A DNA stretch of 64,000 nucleotides from Escherichia coli. GTDB taxonomy: Bacteria; Pseudomonadota; Gammaproteobacteria; Enterobacterales; Enterobacteriaceae. Below, piece after piece: positions 1 to 10,883 of the stretch. Each line of letters opens with the position of its first letter. Positions within the stretch are counted from its first letter, which is position 1. Location: the NCBI RefSeq assembly GCF_029227855.1, contig NZ_CP074356.1, one strand, 5' to 3'. A program made the position numbers and the translations under genes. The notes beneath the pieces were generated by a model. That model was not told where the DNA came from, made no database searches, and saw nothing but the letters and a program-made list of their open reading frames with translations.

Positions 1-132
1 ACGCAGTTCACGCCCTACTGTCAGCAGTTCTTCACGCGTGGAGTTCCCCGCCCAATAACTTTCTTGCGCTTTTTTCAGCTCGCGACGCAGGCCAACGCGA
101 GGGAAACCGAGGGTGTGATTAAGAATTGTCAT
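1..132 (-). CDS. metE: 5' end of cobalamin-independent methionine synthase (partial, continues beyond window start)
   Basis: Reverse-complement of 1..132 translates to [37 protein letters not shown]..., the MetE N-terminus; start codon complement at 130..132; divergent from metR. Confidence 0.85.
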
Positions 133-249
133 TATATGCCCCTTATGGAATTTTTAGTATTTAGCCGTCCAGATGTTTACACATCCATAATTGGCGGTTA
201 CTGTATATTCCTCAAGCGCAAATTATTCATGCCGAAGTGAAGGACTTTC
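133..249. promoter_or_regulatory. metE-metR divergent promoter/operator region
   Basis: AT-rich 117 bp between two divergent start codons; expected location of MetR/MetJ sites from established knowledge; individual sites not resolved by eye. Confidence 0.4.
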
Positions 250-1203
250 ATGATCGAAGTAAAACACCTGAAAACGCTACAAGCGTTGCGGAACTGCGGC
301 TCTCTCGCAGCCGCTGCGGCGACGTTGCATCAGACGCAATCCGCCCTGTCTCACCAGTTTAGCGATCTGGAACAACGCCTTGGCTTCCGGCTATTTGTGC
401 GTAAGAGCCAGCCGCTACGCTTTACACCGCAGGGAGAAATCCTGTTGCAACTGGCAAACCAGGTGCTGCCGCAAATTAGCCAGGCACTGCAAGCCTGCAA
501 TGAACCGCAGCAGACGCGTCTGCGCATTGCCATTGAGTGCCATAGCTGTATTCAGTGGCTGACGCCCGCGTTAGAAAATTTCCATAAGAACTGGCCGCAG
601 GTAGAGATGGATTTTAAATCGGGCGTGACGTTTGACCCGCAGCCCGCGTTGCAACAGGGCGAGCTGGATCTGGTGATGACCTCCGATATCCTGCCGCGCA
701 GTGGCCTGCATTATTCGCCGATGTTCGACTATGAAGTGCGTCTGGTGTTAGCACCTGACCATCCACTGGCGGCGAAAACGCGAATTACACCGGAAGATCT
801 CGCCAGCGAGACGCTGTTGATTTATCCGGTGCAGCGTAGTCGACTGGATGTCTGGCGGCATTTTCTTCAGCCGGCAGGCGTCAGCCCGTCACTGAAAAGC
901 GTCGATAACACCTTATTGTTGATTCAGATGGTTGCCGCGCGGATGGGTATTGCCGCGCTACCGCATTGGGTAGTAGAGAGTTTTGAGCGCCAGGGTCTGG
1001 TGGTGACCAAAACCCTGGGCGAAGGCTTGTGGAGCCGACTGTACGCCGCCGTGCGCGATGGCGAGCAGCGTCAGCCAGTTACGGAAGCGTTTATTCGCTC
1101 AGCGCGCAATCACGCCTGCGATCATCTGCCGTTTGTGAAGAGCGCGGAGCGACCCACTTACGATGCACCCACAGTGAGGCCAGGATCACCAGCGCGCCTG
1201 TAA
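250..1203 (+). CDS. metR: LysR-family transcriptional activator MetR
   Basis: 317-aa ORF with N-terminal HTH ([31 protein letters not shown]); length and sequence match MetR; adjacent and divergent to metE. Confidence 0.93.
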
Positions 1204-1990
1204 TAAACGTTGGCCAGTGCGGCTGTTGGTGCCAGATAGCCAGGTTTACCAGCAGCCCTGCCGGAACGTGCATATTATTCATAATGCCCAGCGTTCCGGC
1301 GTCCACCTGCGTCGCGCCGTAGTTCCACATAAAGTAGCCAATCCCGGAAGCCACCACGCCAAGAAACACCAGAATGCCCCATTGCAGCGTGGTTTGCGGC
1401 ATTTTCTGCGCATTTCCCAGCAAGAACCATGCAATTACCGCCACCAGGAACGCGCCAAGATAGAACCACGCAAAGGCGTTATGCTGCGGCATCGGGCGAG
1501 TTTCCATCAGGCGTTTGTAACCCACCATGCCGATGGCAAAAGTGATATTGGAGAGTTGCACCAGCAACAAGCCAGTCCAGAAATGGTCGGTGACCTGATC
1601 ATAGCGAATAATCCCGGCACCAATCACCGCCAGCAAGGCGCTAAAAGCATAGCCCCAGCGCAGACGGCGCTTACTCATGATGTCATAAATCAGCGTGATG
1701 TAGAGCGGCGTCAGCACGGTGAACAGCAGCAGCTCGGAAACCGTCAGGTAGAGATAAGCGCGGAAACTCAGCATATACATCACGCCGAGCTGCATCGCGC
1801 CCACCAGCATATACAGGCCGACTGTTTTCAGGCTATTGCCACGGGTACGCAGAAACGGCAGAAAAACGAGTGCCGCCAGGCCAACGCGCACCAGCACCGC
1901 AAAATAGCTATCGACGTGCCCCGCAAGGTACTCGCCATAAAAGCTAAAGGAGAAGGCCCACAGAATCGTGGTGATGATAAGTAGCGCCAC
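1091..1990 (-). CDS. yigM: EamA/DMT-family inner membrane transporter (YigM/BioP-like)
   Basis: 299-aa multi-pass hydrophobic ORF; synteny between metR and yigL; 3' end overlaps metR 3' end convergently. Confidence 0.85.
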
Positions 1991-2065
1991 AATGGAAAAC
2001 TCTTTGATTAACGAGTATCCATTGTAGCGAAGTATCAGGTTGACAACTGACCAAATAAAGAACGA

Positions 2066-2866
2066 TTACGATAAATAGAGTTTACGCAGATAATGCGGCA
2101 CCGCGTCTTCGGCGTTAGTACCAATCACTTCCAGCTCGGGATGAAGGTCTTTCAGACGCTGGTGCGCACTGCCCATAATGCAGCCTTTCCCCGCCATCGA
2201 CAGCATTTCGGCGTCGTTCATCCCGTCACCAAACGCAATACAATCCTTCAGGCTGTAGCCCAGTTTCTTCGCCACTGCTTCCAGCGCATGGCCTTTCGAC
2301 ACGCCGCCCGCCATCACTTCCAGACAGGTTAAGGTAGAGAAACTGACGTTGACGCGATCGCCCCAGCGAGCGTTAATCGCCTGCTCCAGCGGCAGCAGTT
2401 GTTCATGGGAATCGCAGGTGAAAAACACTTTGCTGACGCCTTCCGGCTCCAGTAATCCAGGCTCATACAGCGCATATTTGAACACCGCTTCTTTAAAAAA
2501 GCGCATCTCTTCCGGGCGATGGCGATTCATAAACCATTCGTCGTCGCGATAAACGTTAGTAATGATGTCCGGATTGTCGTTGACTACGCCAAACAGATCG
2601 CTGGCAATGTCGCGATCCAGGTTATGAGCAAAAATCAGATTACCATCCAGATCGTGAACGCGCGCACCATTGGAGGTAATCATGTAAGACTTAATCTCCA
2701 GATTATCGCGAATTTGCCCCACATCAACGTGGTGACGACCGGTCGCAAACACAAAGTTGATGCCGCGCGCGGTGAGCAGCTTCAGAGTTTCTTTGGCGTA
2801 AGGGGATAACGTATGGTCGGGAGAAAGTAACGTGCCATCTAAATCAGACGCAACAACCTGGTACAT
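2066..2866 (-). CDS. yigL: HAD-superfamily Cof-type sugar phosphatase
   Basis: ORF track gives 308 aa; internal start MYQVVASDLDGTLL carries the HAD motif I (DxDGT) and yields the expected 266 aa; GDGMND motif near the C-terminus. Confidence 0.85.
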   Translation of the reverse strand: MYQVVASDLDGTLLSPDHTLSPYAKETLKLLTARGINFVFATGRHHVDVGQIRDNLEIKSYMITSNGARVHDLDGNLIFAHNLDRDIASDLFGVVNDNPDIITNVYRDDEWFMNRHRPEEMRFFKEAVFKYALYEPGLLEPEGVSKVFFTCDSHEQLLPLEQAINARWGDRVNVSFSTLTCLEVMAGGVSKGHALEAVAKKLGYSLKDCIAFGDGMNDAEMLSMAGKGCIMGSAHQRLKDLHPELEVIGTNAEDAVPHYLRKLYLS

Positions 2867-2873
2867 AAGAAAT

Positions 2874-3896
2874 TTAAACCTCTGTAGAGCGGTTTCCGCT
2901 GGGTGAGTTATGCCTGTTGAAAAAATCAACGATGGCGTGGAGCGCGACTGAGCGCATTGCGTCCTTTTCAAAAAGGATCTCATGGTAAGCACCTTTAATT
3001 ACCAACGGTCGTCCTCCTTCGACAGGATGGCCCGCGGCGGTGCGGAGTTCACAAAAACGGTCATGCATGCGGTTATCCACCACGCGTTCCTCTTCAGCTT
3101 GTAAGAGAAGCGTTGGCGTGGCGTCATCACCCGCACCGGCTAACACCTGTTCGCCAGCCAGAATACTTTCGCGTACCCAATGGTAGGTCGGCCCACCGAC
3201 GCGAATCGTTGGGTCATCAGCATAGAAGCGTAAGTTACGTCGATATCGCTGTCTGCTGTGGGTCAGTACGTTGATAGCAAACGGCAACGCGCGCCAGCGC
3301 CCGGTGCCTATTGCATAGCCATCACGGAAACGTGGATGCGCTTCGGCCCAGTTGAGGATCTGCCGTGCCATAAATGACGGCATACGAATCACGATCCCAA
3401 ACATTGGCGCAGTTAGCGCAATGGCGTCACATACACCTGGATGGCGTTGCAGAAATAATGTGGAGATCGCACCGCCCATCGAATGTGCCAGTATATAGCG
3501 TTTACGCCACGGACCGGGCTGAACCTCCTGCTGCCAGAATGCCGCCAGATCATCAACATAATCATTAAAGCGATTAACATGCCCGAGATGCGGATCGGCT
3601 AACAGGCGACCGGAACGTCCCTGCCCGCGATGGTCGATGATTAAGACATCAAACCCCAAATGGAACAGGTCATAGGCCAGTTCCGCATATTTTACGTAGC
3701 TCTCAATACGCCCCGGGCAGATGACTACCACCCGGTCATGGTGCTGTGCGCGAAAACGGACAAAGCGCACCGGAATGTCATCCACACCAGTAAACTCTGC
3801 TTCATCACGCTGACGCCAGAAATCAGTCAGCGGTCCCATGGTAAAAGCAGCAAACGCGTTTTCTCTTGTTTCCCAGTCTTTTTGCTGCTGAAACAT
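2874..3896 (-). CDS. pldB: lysophospholipase L2
   Basis: 340-aa ORF with alpha/beta-hydrolase GHSMGG nucleophile elbow; synteny. Confidence 0.9.
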   Translation of the reverse strand: MFQQQKDWETRENAFAAFTMGPLTDFWRQRDEAEFTGVDDIPVRFVRFRAQHHDRVVVICPGRIESYVKYAELAYDLFHLGFDVLIIDHRGQGRSGRLLADPHLGHVNRFNDYVDDLAAFWQQEVQPGPWRKRYILAHSMGGAISTLFLQRHPGVCDAIALTAPMFGIVIRMPSFMARQILNWAEAHPRFRDGYAIGTGRWRALPFAINVLTHSRQRYRRNLRFYADDPTIRVGGPTYHWVRESILAGEQVLAGAGDDATPTLLLQAEEERVVDNRMHDRFCELRTAAGHPVEGGRPLVIKGAYHEILFEKDAMRSVALHAIVDFFNRHNSPSGNRSTEV

Positions 3897-4006
3897 CGGG
3901 TAATCTGCCTCTTAAACCACGTAAAATCGTTTTTTTTAGCGTGCCTGACACAACGCTGCGACAGTAGCGTATTGTGGCACAAAAATAGACACACCGGGAG
4001 TTCATC

Positions 4007-4627
4007 ATGACCTTAGAATGGTGGTTTGCCTACCTGCTGACATCGATCATTTTAAGCCTGTCGCCAGGCTCTGGTGCAATCAACACTATGACCACCTCGC
4101 TCAACCACGGTTATCGCGGCGCGGTGGCGTCTATTGCTGGGCTTCAAACCGGACTGGCGATTCATATTGTGCTGGTTGGCGTGGGGTTGGGGACGCTATT
4201 TTCCCGCTCAGTGATTGCGTTTGAAGTGTTGAAGTGGGCAGGCGCGGCTTACTTGATTTGGCTGGGAATCCAGCAGTGGCGCGCCGCTGGTGCAATTGAC
4301 CTTAAATCGCTGGCCTCTACTCAATCGCGTCGACATTTGTTCCAGCGCGCAGTTTTTGTGAATCTCACCAATCCCAAAAGTATTGTGTTTCTGGCGGCGC
4401 TATTTCCGCAATTCATCATGCCGCAACAGCCGCAACTGATGCAGTATATCGTGCTCGGCGTCACCACTATTGTGGTCGATATTATTGTGATGATCGGTTA
4501 CGCCACCCTTGCTCAACGGATTGCTCTATGGATTAAAGGACCAAAGCAGATGAAGGCGCTGAATAAGATTTTCGGCTCGTTGTTTATGCTGGTGGGAGCG
4601 CTGTTAGCATCGGCGAGGCATGCGTGA
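4007..4627 (+). CDS. rhtB: LysE/RhtB-family homoserine/homoserine-lactone exporter
   Basis: 206-aa membrane ORF; divergent from pldB and convergent with paralog rhtC. Confidence 0.9.
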
Positions 4628-4635
4628 AAAATAAT

Positions 4636-4665
4636 GTCGGATGCGGCGTAAACGCCTTATCCGAC
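4636..4665. repeat. REP (repetitive extragenic palindrome) unit
   Basis: gtcggatgcggcgtaaacgccttatccgac, an imperfect palindrome of the canonical GCCGGATG...CATCCGGC family, between convergent rhtB and rhtC. Confidence 0.6.
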
Positions 4666-4688
4666 TTACTCTGAAGACGCGTCTGGCA

Positions 4689-5309
4689 TCACCGCGAAAT
4701 AATCAAATGAATGCCAAATCCGGCAAATAACGCCCCGGCAAAACCATCAATCCACTTCGCCAGACGTTGATAACCACGGCGCATTTGCGGCAGGGCAAAC
4801 AGGCTGGCAACGACGGTAAACCACGCCAGCGTTTCGACAATGATCAGCGCAAAAATGCCCCAGCGCGCGGTAGTGCCAACGTTATCACCGACAAACAATG
4901 AGAACACCGAGCCAAAGTAGATAATCGCTTTCGGATTAGCGAGATTGGTCAGTAAACCTTTCAGGAAACTGCGCCCACTTTTCGCCAGCTCGACCTGTGG
5001 CGCAGGTGCAGAAACTGCCTCTTTTTTCAGCGCGCCGCGCAGCATCTGGTAACCCATCCAGCAGAGATACAGGCCACCGCCAACCATAATCAGCGTATGC
5101 AGCCAGGCCATTTTTTCGATAATCAAATGCAGGCCAAGCAACGCAATCCCAGCCCAAACCATTACGCCGCAGGTAATGCCCAGCACGCCCATCATCGCTT
5201 CTTTACGGGAACGACTGACAGCGGTCTGAGAGACAAAAAAGAAATCGGGACCGGGGCTCATAAGCGCCACAATGTGCACCATGGCGACGGTGAGAAATAA
5301 CATCAACAT
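4689..5309 (-). CDS. rhtC: LysE/RhtB-family threonine exporter
   Basis: 206-aa membrane ORF paralogous to rhtB; synteny upstream of recQ. Confidence 0.9.
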   Translation of the reverse strand: MLMLFLTVAMVHIVALMSPGPDFFFVSQTAVSRSRKEAMMGVLGITCGVMVWAGIALLGLHLIIEKMAWLHTLIMVGGGLYLCWMGYQMLRGALKKEAVSAPAPQVELAKSGRSFLKGLLTNLANPKAIIYFGSVFSLFVGDNVGTTARWGIFALIIVETLAWFTVVASLFALPQMRRGYQRLAKWIDGFAGALFAGFGIHLIISR

Positions 5310-5372
5310 ACATTTGACTCGCGGGGGAAACGTTTACGGAGTCTTCATCCTGGCACTTTTTTATGCTGCTGA

Positions 5373-7202
5373 CTACTCTTCGTCATCGCCATCAACATGC
5401 GCACGAATCAGCGCCATAAACGGTTTGCCAAAGCGTTCCAGCTTGCGCATCCCAACACCGTTAACGCTGAGCATTTCGCTGGCGGTGATCGGCATCTGTT
5501 CAGCCATCTCAATCAAGGTTGCGTCGTTAAACACCACGTACGGCGGGACATTACTTTCATCGGCAATCGATTTACGCAGTTTGCGTAATTTGGCGAACAG
5601 TTTGCGATCATAGTTGCCGCCGAACGATTTCTGCATCGCTTTCGGTTTGAGCGCCACGATACGCGGCACGGCAAGTTGCAAAGAGGATTCGCCGCGCAGC
5701 ACCGGACGCGCGGCCTCTGTCAGTTGGAGGGCAGAATGCTGGGCAATATTTTGCGTCACCAGGCCGAGGTGAATCAACTGGCGGATCACGCTCACCCAAT
5801 GTTCATGACTTTTATCACGGCCCATACCGTAGACTTTTAGTTTGTCATGACCATAGTCGCGGATACGCTGGTTATTAGCGCCGCGAATCACTTCCACCAC
5901 ATAGCCCATACCAAAACGCTGATTCACACGACCAATGGTGGAAAGGGCAATCTGAGCATCGGTTGAACCGTCGTACTGTTTCGGCGGATCGAGGCAGATA
6001 TCGCAGTTCCCGCACGGCTCCTGACGCCCTTCGCCAAAATAGTTCAGCAGTACCAGACGACGGCAAGTTTGCGCTTCGGCAAAAGCGCCCATCGCATTGA
6101 GTTTATGACGTTCGATATCCTGCAACTGCCCCTGCGGCTTCTCTTCCAGACAACGGCGCAGCCACGCCATATCGGCCGGATCGTAAAACAGCATCGCTTC
6201 CGCGGGCAGGCCATCACGCCCGGCGCGACCGGTTTCCTGATAATAGGATTCGATATTGCGCGGAATATCAAAGTGGACCACGAAGCGAACGTTTGGTTTA
6301 TTGATGCCCATGCCGAACGCCACCGTCGCCACCACAATTTGCAGGTCATCGCGCTGGAATTTCTCCTGCACGTCGGCGCGGACATTATTTTCCAGCCCGG
6401 CATGATAGGCCGCCGCGCTAATACCCTTGCTTTGCAGGCGCGCAGCGGTGTCTTCTACTTTCGCCCGGCTGTTGCAGTAGATAATGCCGGACTTACCGCG
6501 CTGTTCCTGCACGTAGCGCATCAACTGATCGAGCGGTTTGAACTTCTCCATCAGCATGTAGCGAATATTCGGACGGTCAAAACTGTTGATTTGAATCAGC
6601 GGATCGTTCAGCCCCAGCAGGCGCACGATATCCTGGCGCGTGGTGTCGTCGGCTGTGGCGGTCAGCGCCATAAACGGCAGCGTCGGGAACCGCTGGCGCA
6701 ACTGACCGAGCGCGGCATATTCCGGGCGGAAATCGTGGCCCCATTGGGAGATACAGTGCGCTTCATCAACGGCTAATAACACCGGATTCCAGTGCGCCAG
6801 ATGCTCAAGAAAGTTATCCAGCATCAGGCGTTCCGGGGCGATATAAAGCAGACGAATTTGCCCGGTGCGGCAGCCTGTCATCACTTCAAGTTGCTGTTCG
6901 CGGGTTTGCGTCGAGTTAAGGCACGCCGCCGCCACGCCGTTGGCTTGCAGTTGATCCACCTGATCTTTCATCAACGAAATCAGCGGTGAAACAACCACGG
7001 TAAGGCCGTTTAGCAATAAGGCAGGAATTTGATAGCAAAGGGATTTTCCGCCACCGGTGGGCATGACGACCAGGCAATCGCGACCGGAAAGCACAGTGTC
7101 GATAATTTCTTCCTGGCCGGGGCGAAACTGTTGGTAGCCAAAGGTTTCTTGTAAAACCTGTTTAGCTCCGGACTCCAGATTCAACACTTCCGCCTGCGCC
7201 AC
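5373..7202 (-). CDS. recQ: ATP-dependent DNA helicase RecQ
   Basis: Walker A ([11 protein letters not shown]), DEAH box ([15 protein letters not shown]), zinc-binding CGNCDIC and C-terminal HRDC region; the ORF could start 2 codons earlier (7208). Confidence 0.93.
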   Translation of the reverse strand: MAQAEVLNLESGAKQVLQETFGYQQFRPGQEEIIDTVLSGRDCLVVMPTGGGKSLCYQIPALLLNGLTVVVSPLISLMKDQVDQLQANGVAAACLNSTQTREQQLEVMTGCRTGQIRLLYIAPERLMLDNFLEHLAHWNPVLLAVDEAHCISQWGHDFRPEYAALGQLRQRFPTLPFMALTATADDTTRQDIVRLLGLNDPLIQINSFDRPNIRYMLMEKFKPLDQLMRYVQEQRGKSGIIYCNSRAKVEDTAARLQSKGISAAAYHAGLENNVRADVQEKFQRDDLQIVVATVAFGMGINKPNVRFVVHFDIPRNIESYYQETGRAGRDGLPAEAMLFYDPADMAWLRRCLEEKPQGQLQDIERHKLNAMGAFAEAQTCRRLVLLNYFGEGRQEPCGNCDICLDPPKQYDGSTDAQIALSTIGRVNQRFGMGYVVEVIRGANNQRIRDYGHDKLKVYGMGRDKSHEHWVSVIRQLIHLGLVTQNIAQHSALQLTEAARPVLRGESSLQLAVPRIVALKPKAMQKSFGGNYDRKLFAKLRKLRKSIADESNVPPYVVFNDATLIEMAEQMPITASEMLSVNGVGMRKLERFGKPFMALIRAHVDGDDEE

Positions 7203-7225
7203 ATTCACCCCGATTGCCTGAAATA

Positions 7226-7252
7226 AAAACAGGCGCTATTTTCAGCGCCTGC
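7226..7252 (-). terminator. probable intrinsic terminator downstream of pldA
   Basis: Inverted repeat caggcgct/agcgcctg preceded on the + strand by an A-run (a T-run after the hairpin on the - strand). Confidence 0.5.
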
Positions 7253-7334
7253 GCGAGAAACTGCAATGCTTTTAGTCTCTGAGAGGGTAATCCTGGATGC
7301 TGGATTCCAGATTTGCCAACCACTCAACCGTTCA

Positions 7335-8204
7335 TCAAAACAAATCGTTTAGCATAACCCCCACACCGACACGGGTCTGGTTGAAGTTATAGTCGATGAG
7401 CGATTCGCCATAGCCGCTGTAAACCTGAGTATAAAGGCGCACATGTTTGGTGATCGGGTAACTTAAGCCTAACTCCGCGCCGCCGTAGCCGGTGTTCCAG
7501 TTGTACTGTCCTTTCGCACTGAGCACCGCATCACCGAGGTGATAGCCGATTTTAAGCTGGTAGTAACCCATATATTTGGTGATATCCGGGTTATCGTCAG
7601 TATTACCCACCACATACCACGGCTTCACTTCTACCAGCCAGTTACCGTTTTCTGCCATCAGGCGAGTATAAAGGCGGTTCCAGCTGCGGGAGGTCGGGTC
7701 GGAACGCCCGTTAGAGTCGTGGTTATACCCCATCTCCACATCGCGCAGCGTCCAACCTGCAAAACGGTAATCGGTGGCAAAACCGAGGAACAATTGCGGT
7801 TCGTAGTTGGTTTCACGAAACGGTGAAGACTCTTCGCTATTGGACAGTTGCCACCAGGATTTTTGCGTATAAGACGCACCCAACACCGAGTTCGGGCCTA
7901 AAATCCCACGCCACAGCGGAAATGCCAGGCTCAACTGAAACTTTACTTCATCCTTACGCGCATTTTCCGCCCAGTCGTAACTGGCAATCGCTTCTTTATT
8001 CAGATCGCTGGTTTGGGTGTAAATGAGGTAGTTGGTGTCATAAGGATAGAGCGTGAACGGATTGTCATGCTCCTGCAGCATATTGGCGATAATACTGCCA
8101 CGCACCGCTGGCGCGTCATGCACCTCTTTCACCGTTGCCTCTTGTGCATATACTGCCATAGGCAACATAAACACCGGCAACAACCAGCCCTGCAGAGTCC
8201 GCAT
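7335..8204 (-). CDS. pldA: outer membrane phospholipase A (OMPLA)
   Basis: 289-aa ORF with signal peptide (MRTLQGWLLPVFMLPMAVYAQEA) and a beta-barrel sequence ending in F; matches PldA. Confidence 0.93.
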   Translation of the reverse strand: MRTLQGWLLPVFMLPMAVYAQEATVKEVHDAPAVRGSIIANMLQEHDNPFTLYPYDTNYLIYTQTSDLNKEAIASYDWAENARKDEVKFQLSLAFPLWRGILGPNSVLGASYTQKSWWQLSNSEESSPFRETNYEPQLFLGFATDYRFAGWTLRDVEMGYNHDSNGRSDPTSRSWNRLYTRLMAENGNWLVEVKPWYVVGNTDDNPDITKYMGYYQLKIGYHLGDAVLSAKGQYNWNTGYGGAELGLSYPITKHVRLYTQVYSGYGESLIDYNFNQTRVGVGVMLNDLF

Positions 8205-8368
8205 CGGTCGTGTTCTCCGTAACGAATTATTGATAAGGTGAATATTTTTCTGCGGGCTATTTTACATACTTAACTCCATAGCCGTTAGTTATCCCTTCCT
8301 AAAGTAGAAACCAACAACAAAGAAGCATAAAATCAACATTTCATTAACTAATGAAGTGTAAGGATGAT

Positions 8369-8836
8369 ATGTCTGCCGTACTGACCGCTGAACAAGCCCT
8401 GAAATTAGTGGGTGAGATGTTTGTTTATCACATGCCATTTAACCGCGCATTGGGGATGGAACTGGAGCGTTACGAAAAAGAGTTCGCACAGCTGGCCTTT
8501 AAAAATCAGCCAATGATGGTGGGCAACTGGGCGCAAAGCATTTTGCACGGCGGGGTCATTGCGTCGGCGCTGGATGTCGCCGCCGGTCTGGTGTGCGTGG
8601 GAAGTACCTTAACCCGCCACGAAACCATCAGTGAAGATGAACTACGCCAGCGGCTATCGCGGATGGGGACCATTGATCTTCGCGTTGATTATCTGCGCCC
8701 AGGCAGGGGCGAGCGTTTTACTGCTACCAGTAGCCTGTTGCGTGCAGGCAATAAAGTCGCCGTCGCCCGCGTTGAATTACACAATGAAGAACAGCTTTAT
8801 ATTGCCAGTGCCACCGCCACCTATATGGTAGGTTGA
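8369..8836 (+). CDS. yigI: hotdog-fold (4HBT-type) thioesterase
   Basis: ORF track 161 aa; start at MSAVLTAEQ gives 155 aa; synteny between pldA and rarD. Confidence 0.8.
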   Translation: MSAVLTAEQALKLVGEMFVYHMPFNRALGMELERYEKEFAQLAFKNQPMMVGNWAQSILHGGVIASALDVAAGLVCVGSTLTRHETISEDELRQRLSRMGTIDLRVDYLRPGRGERFTATSSLLRAGNKVAVARVELHNEEQLYIASATATYMVG

Positions 8837-8887
8837 AGACATAAAAGCAGGTAAACTGCTGTTACCAATTAAAAATGAGTATTCCCG

Positions 8888-9775
8888 ATGGATGCAAAAC
8901 AAACGCGGCAGGGCGTATTACTCGCTCTTGCCGCTTATTTTATTTGGGGTATAGCGCCAGCGTACTTCAAGTTGATTTACTACGTGCCTGCCGATGAAAT
9001 CCTGACGCATCGCGTGATCTGGTCGTTTTTCTTTATGGTGGTGCTGATGAGCATTTGCCGCCAGTGGTCCTATTTAAAAACGCTGATTCAGACGCCACAG
9101 AAAATTTTTATGCTGGCAGTCTCTGCCGTGCTGATTGGTGGCAACTGGCTACTGTTTATCTGGGCGGTGAACAATCACCATATGCTGGAAGCGAGCCTTG
9201 GTTACTTTATTAACCCGCTGGTGAACATTGTGCTGGGGATGATTTTCCTCGGCGAGCGATTCCGCCGGATGCAATGGCTGGCGGTGATTCTGGCGATATG
9301 TGGCGTGTTAGTCCAGCTGTGGACTTTTGGTTCGCTACCTATTATCGCGCTGGGACTGGCATTTAGTTTTGCCTTCTACGGTCTGGTACGCAAGAAGATT
9401 GCCGTTGAAGCGCAAACCGGCATGTTAATCGAAACCATGTGGCTGCTGCCCGTGGCGGCAATTTACCTGTTTGCTATTGCCGACAGCTCAACCAGCCATA
9501 TGGGGCAAAACCCGATGTCGCTGAATTTACTGCTGATCGCCGCCGGTATTGTCACTACCGTACCGCTGTTGTGTTTTACCGCCGCTGCCACGCGCTTGCG
9601 TCTCTCAACGTTAGGCTTTTTCCAGTACATTGGCCCGACGCTGATGTTCCTGCTGGCTGTGACGTTTTATGGTGAAAAACCGGGTGCCGATAAGATGGTG
9701 ACTTTCGCCTTTATTTGGGTGGCGCTGGCAATTTTTGTGATGGATGCGATTTATACGCAGCGTAGAAAAAGTTAA
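8888..9775 (+). CDS. rarD: EamA-family permease RarD
   Basis: 295-aa, 10-TM-like hydrophobic ORF; synteny. Confidence 0.9.
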   Translation: MDAKQTRQGVLLALAAYFIWGIAPAYFKLIYYVPADEILTHRVIWSFFFMVVLMSICRQWSYLKTLIQTPQKIFMLAVSAVLIGGNWLLFIWAVNNHHMLEASLGYFINPLVNIVLGMIFLGERFRRMQWLAVILAICGVLVQLWTFGSLPIIALGLAFSFAFYGLVRKKIAVEAQTGMLIETMWLLPVAAIYLFAIADSSTSHMGQNPMSLNLLLIAAGIVTTVPLLCFTAAATRLRLSTLGFFQYIGPTLMFLLAVTFYGEKPGADKMVTFAFIWVALAIFVMDAIYTQRRKS

Positions 9776-9821
9776 GAATTAACATGGGTAGGCCGTTTAA
9801 AGAGCCTACCCACTGACTTAT

Positions 9822-10136
9822 TTATCTTTTTTTGAAAAAAATTAAGATAAGAAAAAGAACAATATTTGTTACAGGAAATACCCCCAAAACTCCCCAGTAC
9901 TTACTCCATCCTAGAGACATCGTATATCTACCAAGGATTTGACAAAACCCAAAACTTAACCCTATACCTATACTTCTTAAATTTAATGTCGTAGTCAGGC
10001 TTAAAATAAATAGAACAAGGATGGTAATAGCCCACCACAATAACCATGCCTTAACAAAATCAGATTTTTTGCTGTAAGGTTCTTTACCCAAGAACAACTG
10101 CCAAAAGTTACCATTTCCCATATAGAATCCATTCAC
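9822..10136 (-). CDS. small hypothetical membrane protein (104 aa, GTG start), low-GC
   Basis: ORF with 2-3 predicted TM segments (AWLLWWAITILVLFILSLTT; VLGVFPVTNIVLFLILIFF); AT-rich; may correspond to one of the small yigF/yigG-type genes of this interval, but I cannot verify that. Confidence 0.4.
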   Translation of the reverse strand: MNGFYMGNGNFWQLFLGKEPYSKKSDFVKAWLLWWAITILVLFILSLTTTLNLRSIGIGLSFGFCQILGRYTMSLGWSKYWGVLGVFPVTNIVLFLILIFFKKR

Positions 10137-10333
10137 CCAAGATATTGTTTATAGAATAAAAATACATTTCAATTATATTTAATTAAAATATACCCCATCA
10201 ATAAAAACTTACACACTCTAAATTACTACTGTATAGTTATCAATGCAAAGACTGCTATATTGCATATATATATGCAAACCACATAATTCAGGTAATATAT
10301 ATTCAAAACAATTATATATAAAACAGTGTAAAA

Positions 10334-10720
10334 ATGTTCAAATTATCCATCAGAAATATATTCTACCCATCCAGGCTTGAGCGTTTATCACGCTTTCAGT
10401 TCATAATCTATACATTAACATCATGGTCAATATTAATAACTTTGAATGATATCAACCTGGCTTTGAGTTTTATTCTGGTTATTAATAATACCTATGTAAA
10501 TATCAATATTGGAGCAAAAAGAATAAGAGATACTGGATGTAAGGCAATCTACTTTGTATTGATTTCATTGGGCTTGACACTTTTTTCTATTATCTCTGCA
10601 GCAATTGAAGGGATGAGATGTGAGTCATTAAGCGTCCAACTCAACGTGGCATGGATATTATTCACAACAATTATGTTATCTGCGATTCCCTCGGCTAAAA
10701 TGTCGCTGTCAGCACACTAA
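10334..10720 (+). CDS. small hypothetical inner membrane protein (128 aa), low-GC
   Basis: ORF with about 4 hydrophobic segments, preceded by a very AT-rich 200 bp region; ends 25 bp before the duplicated corA 3' fragment (convergent). Confidence 0.45.
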   Translation: MFKLSIRNIFYPSRLERLSRFQFIIYTLTSWSILITLNDINLALSFILVINNTYVNINIGAKRIRDTGCKAIYFVLISLGLTLFSIISAAIEGMRCESLSVQLNVAWILFTTIMLSAIPSAKMSLSAH

Positions 10721-10744
10721 CTTACTCACAGCGACATCGTATAG

Positions 10745-10883
10745 TTACAGCCAGTTCTTACGCTTAAAGTACAGATACGGTGTCAGGCCCGCGAGGATCA
10801 TAAAGATAATCGCGCCAGGGTAGCCGAAGCCCCACTTCAGTTCTGGCATAAACTCAAAGTTCATGCCATAGCTGGAGGCAATC
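10745..10883 (-). pseudogene. duplicated 3' fragment of corA (last ~46 codons and stop)
   Basis: About 135-140 bp nearly identical (about 8 mismatches) to 12456..12595 at the true corA 3' end; encodes ...[43 protein letters not shown] versus ...[29 protein letters not shown] in intact corA. Confidence 0.8.

Noticed and set aside
1217-1984. 255-aa plus-strand ORF
   Set aside because: Lies entirely antisense within yigM, whose membrane-protein translation is far more convincing; a shadow ORF in GC-rich coding DNA.
6069-6776. 235-aa plus-strand ORF, and others at 5875..6403
   Set aside because: Antisense to recQ, which carries clear helicase motifs; no independent start signals.
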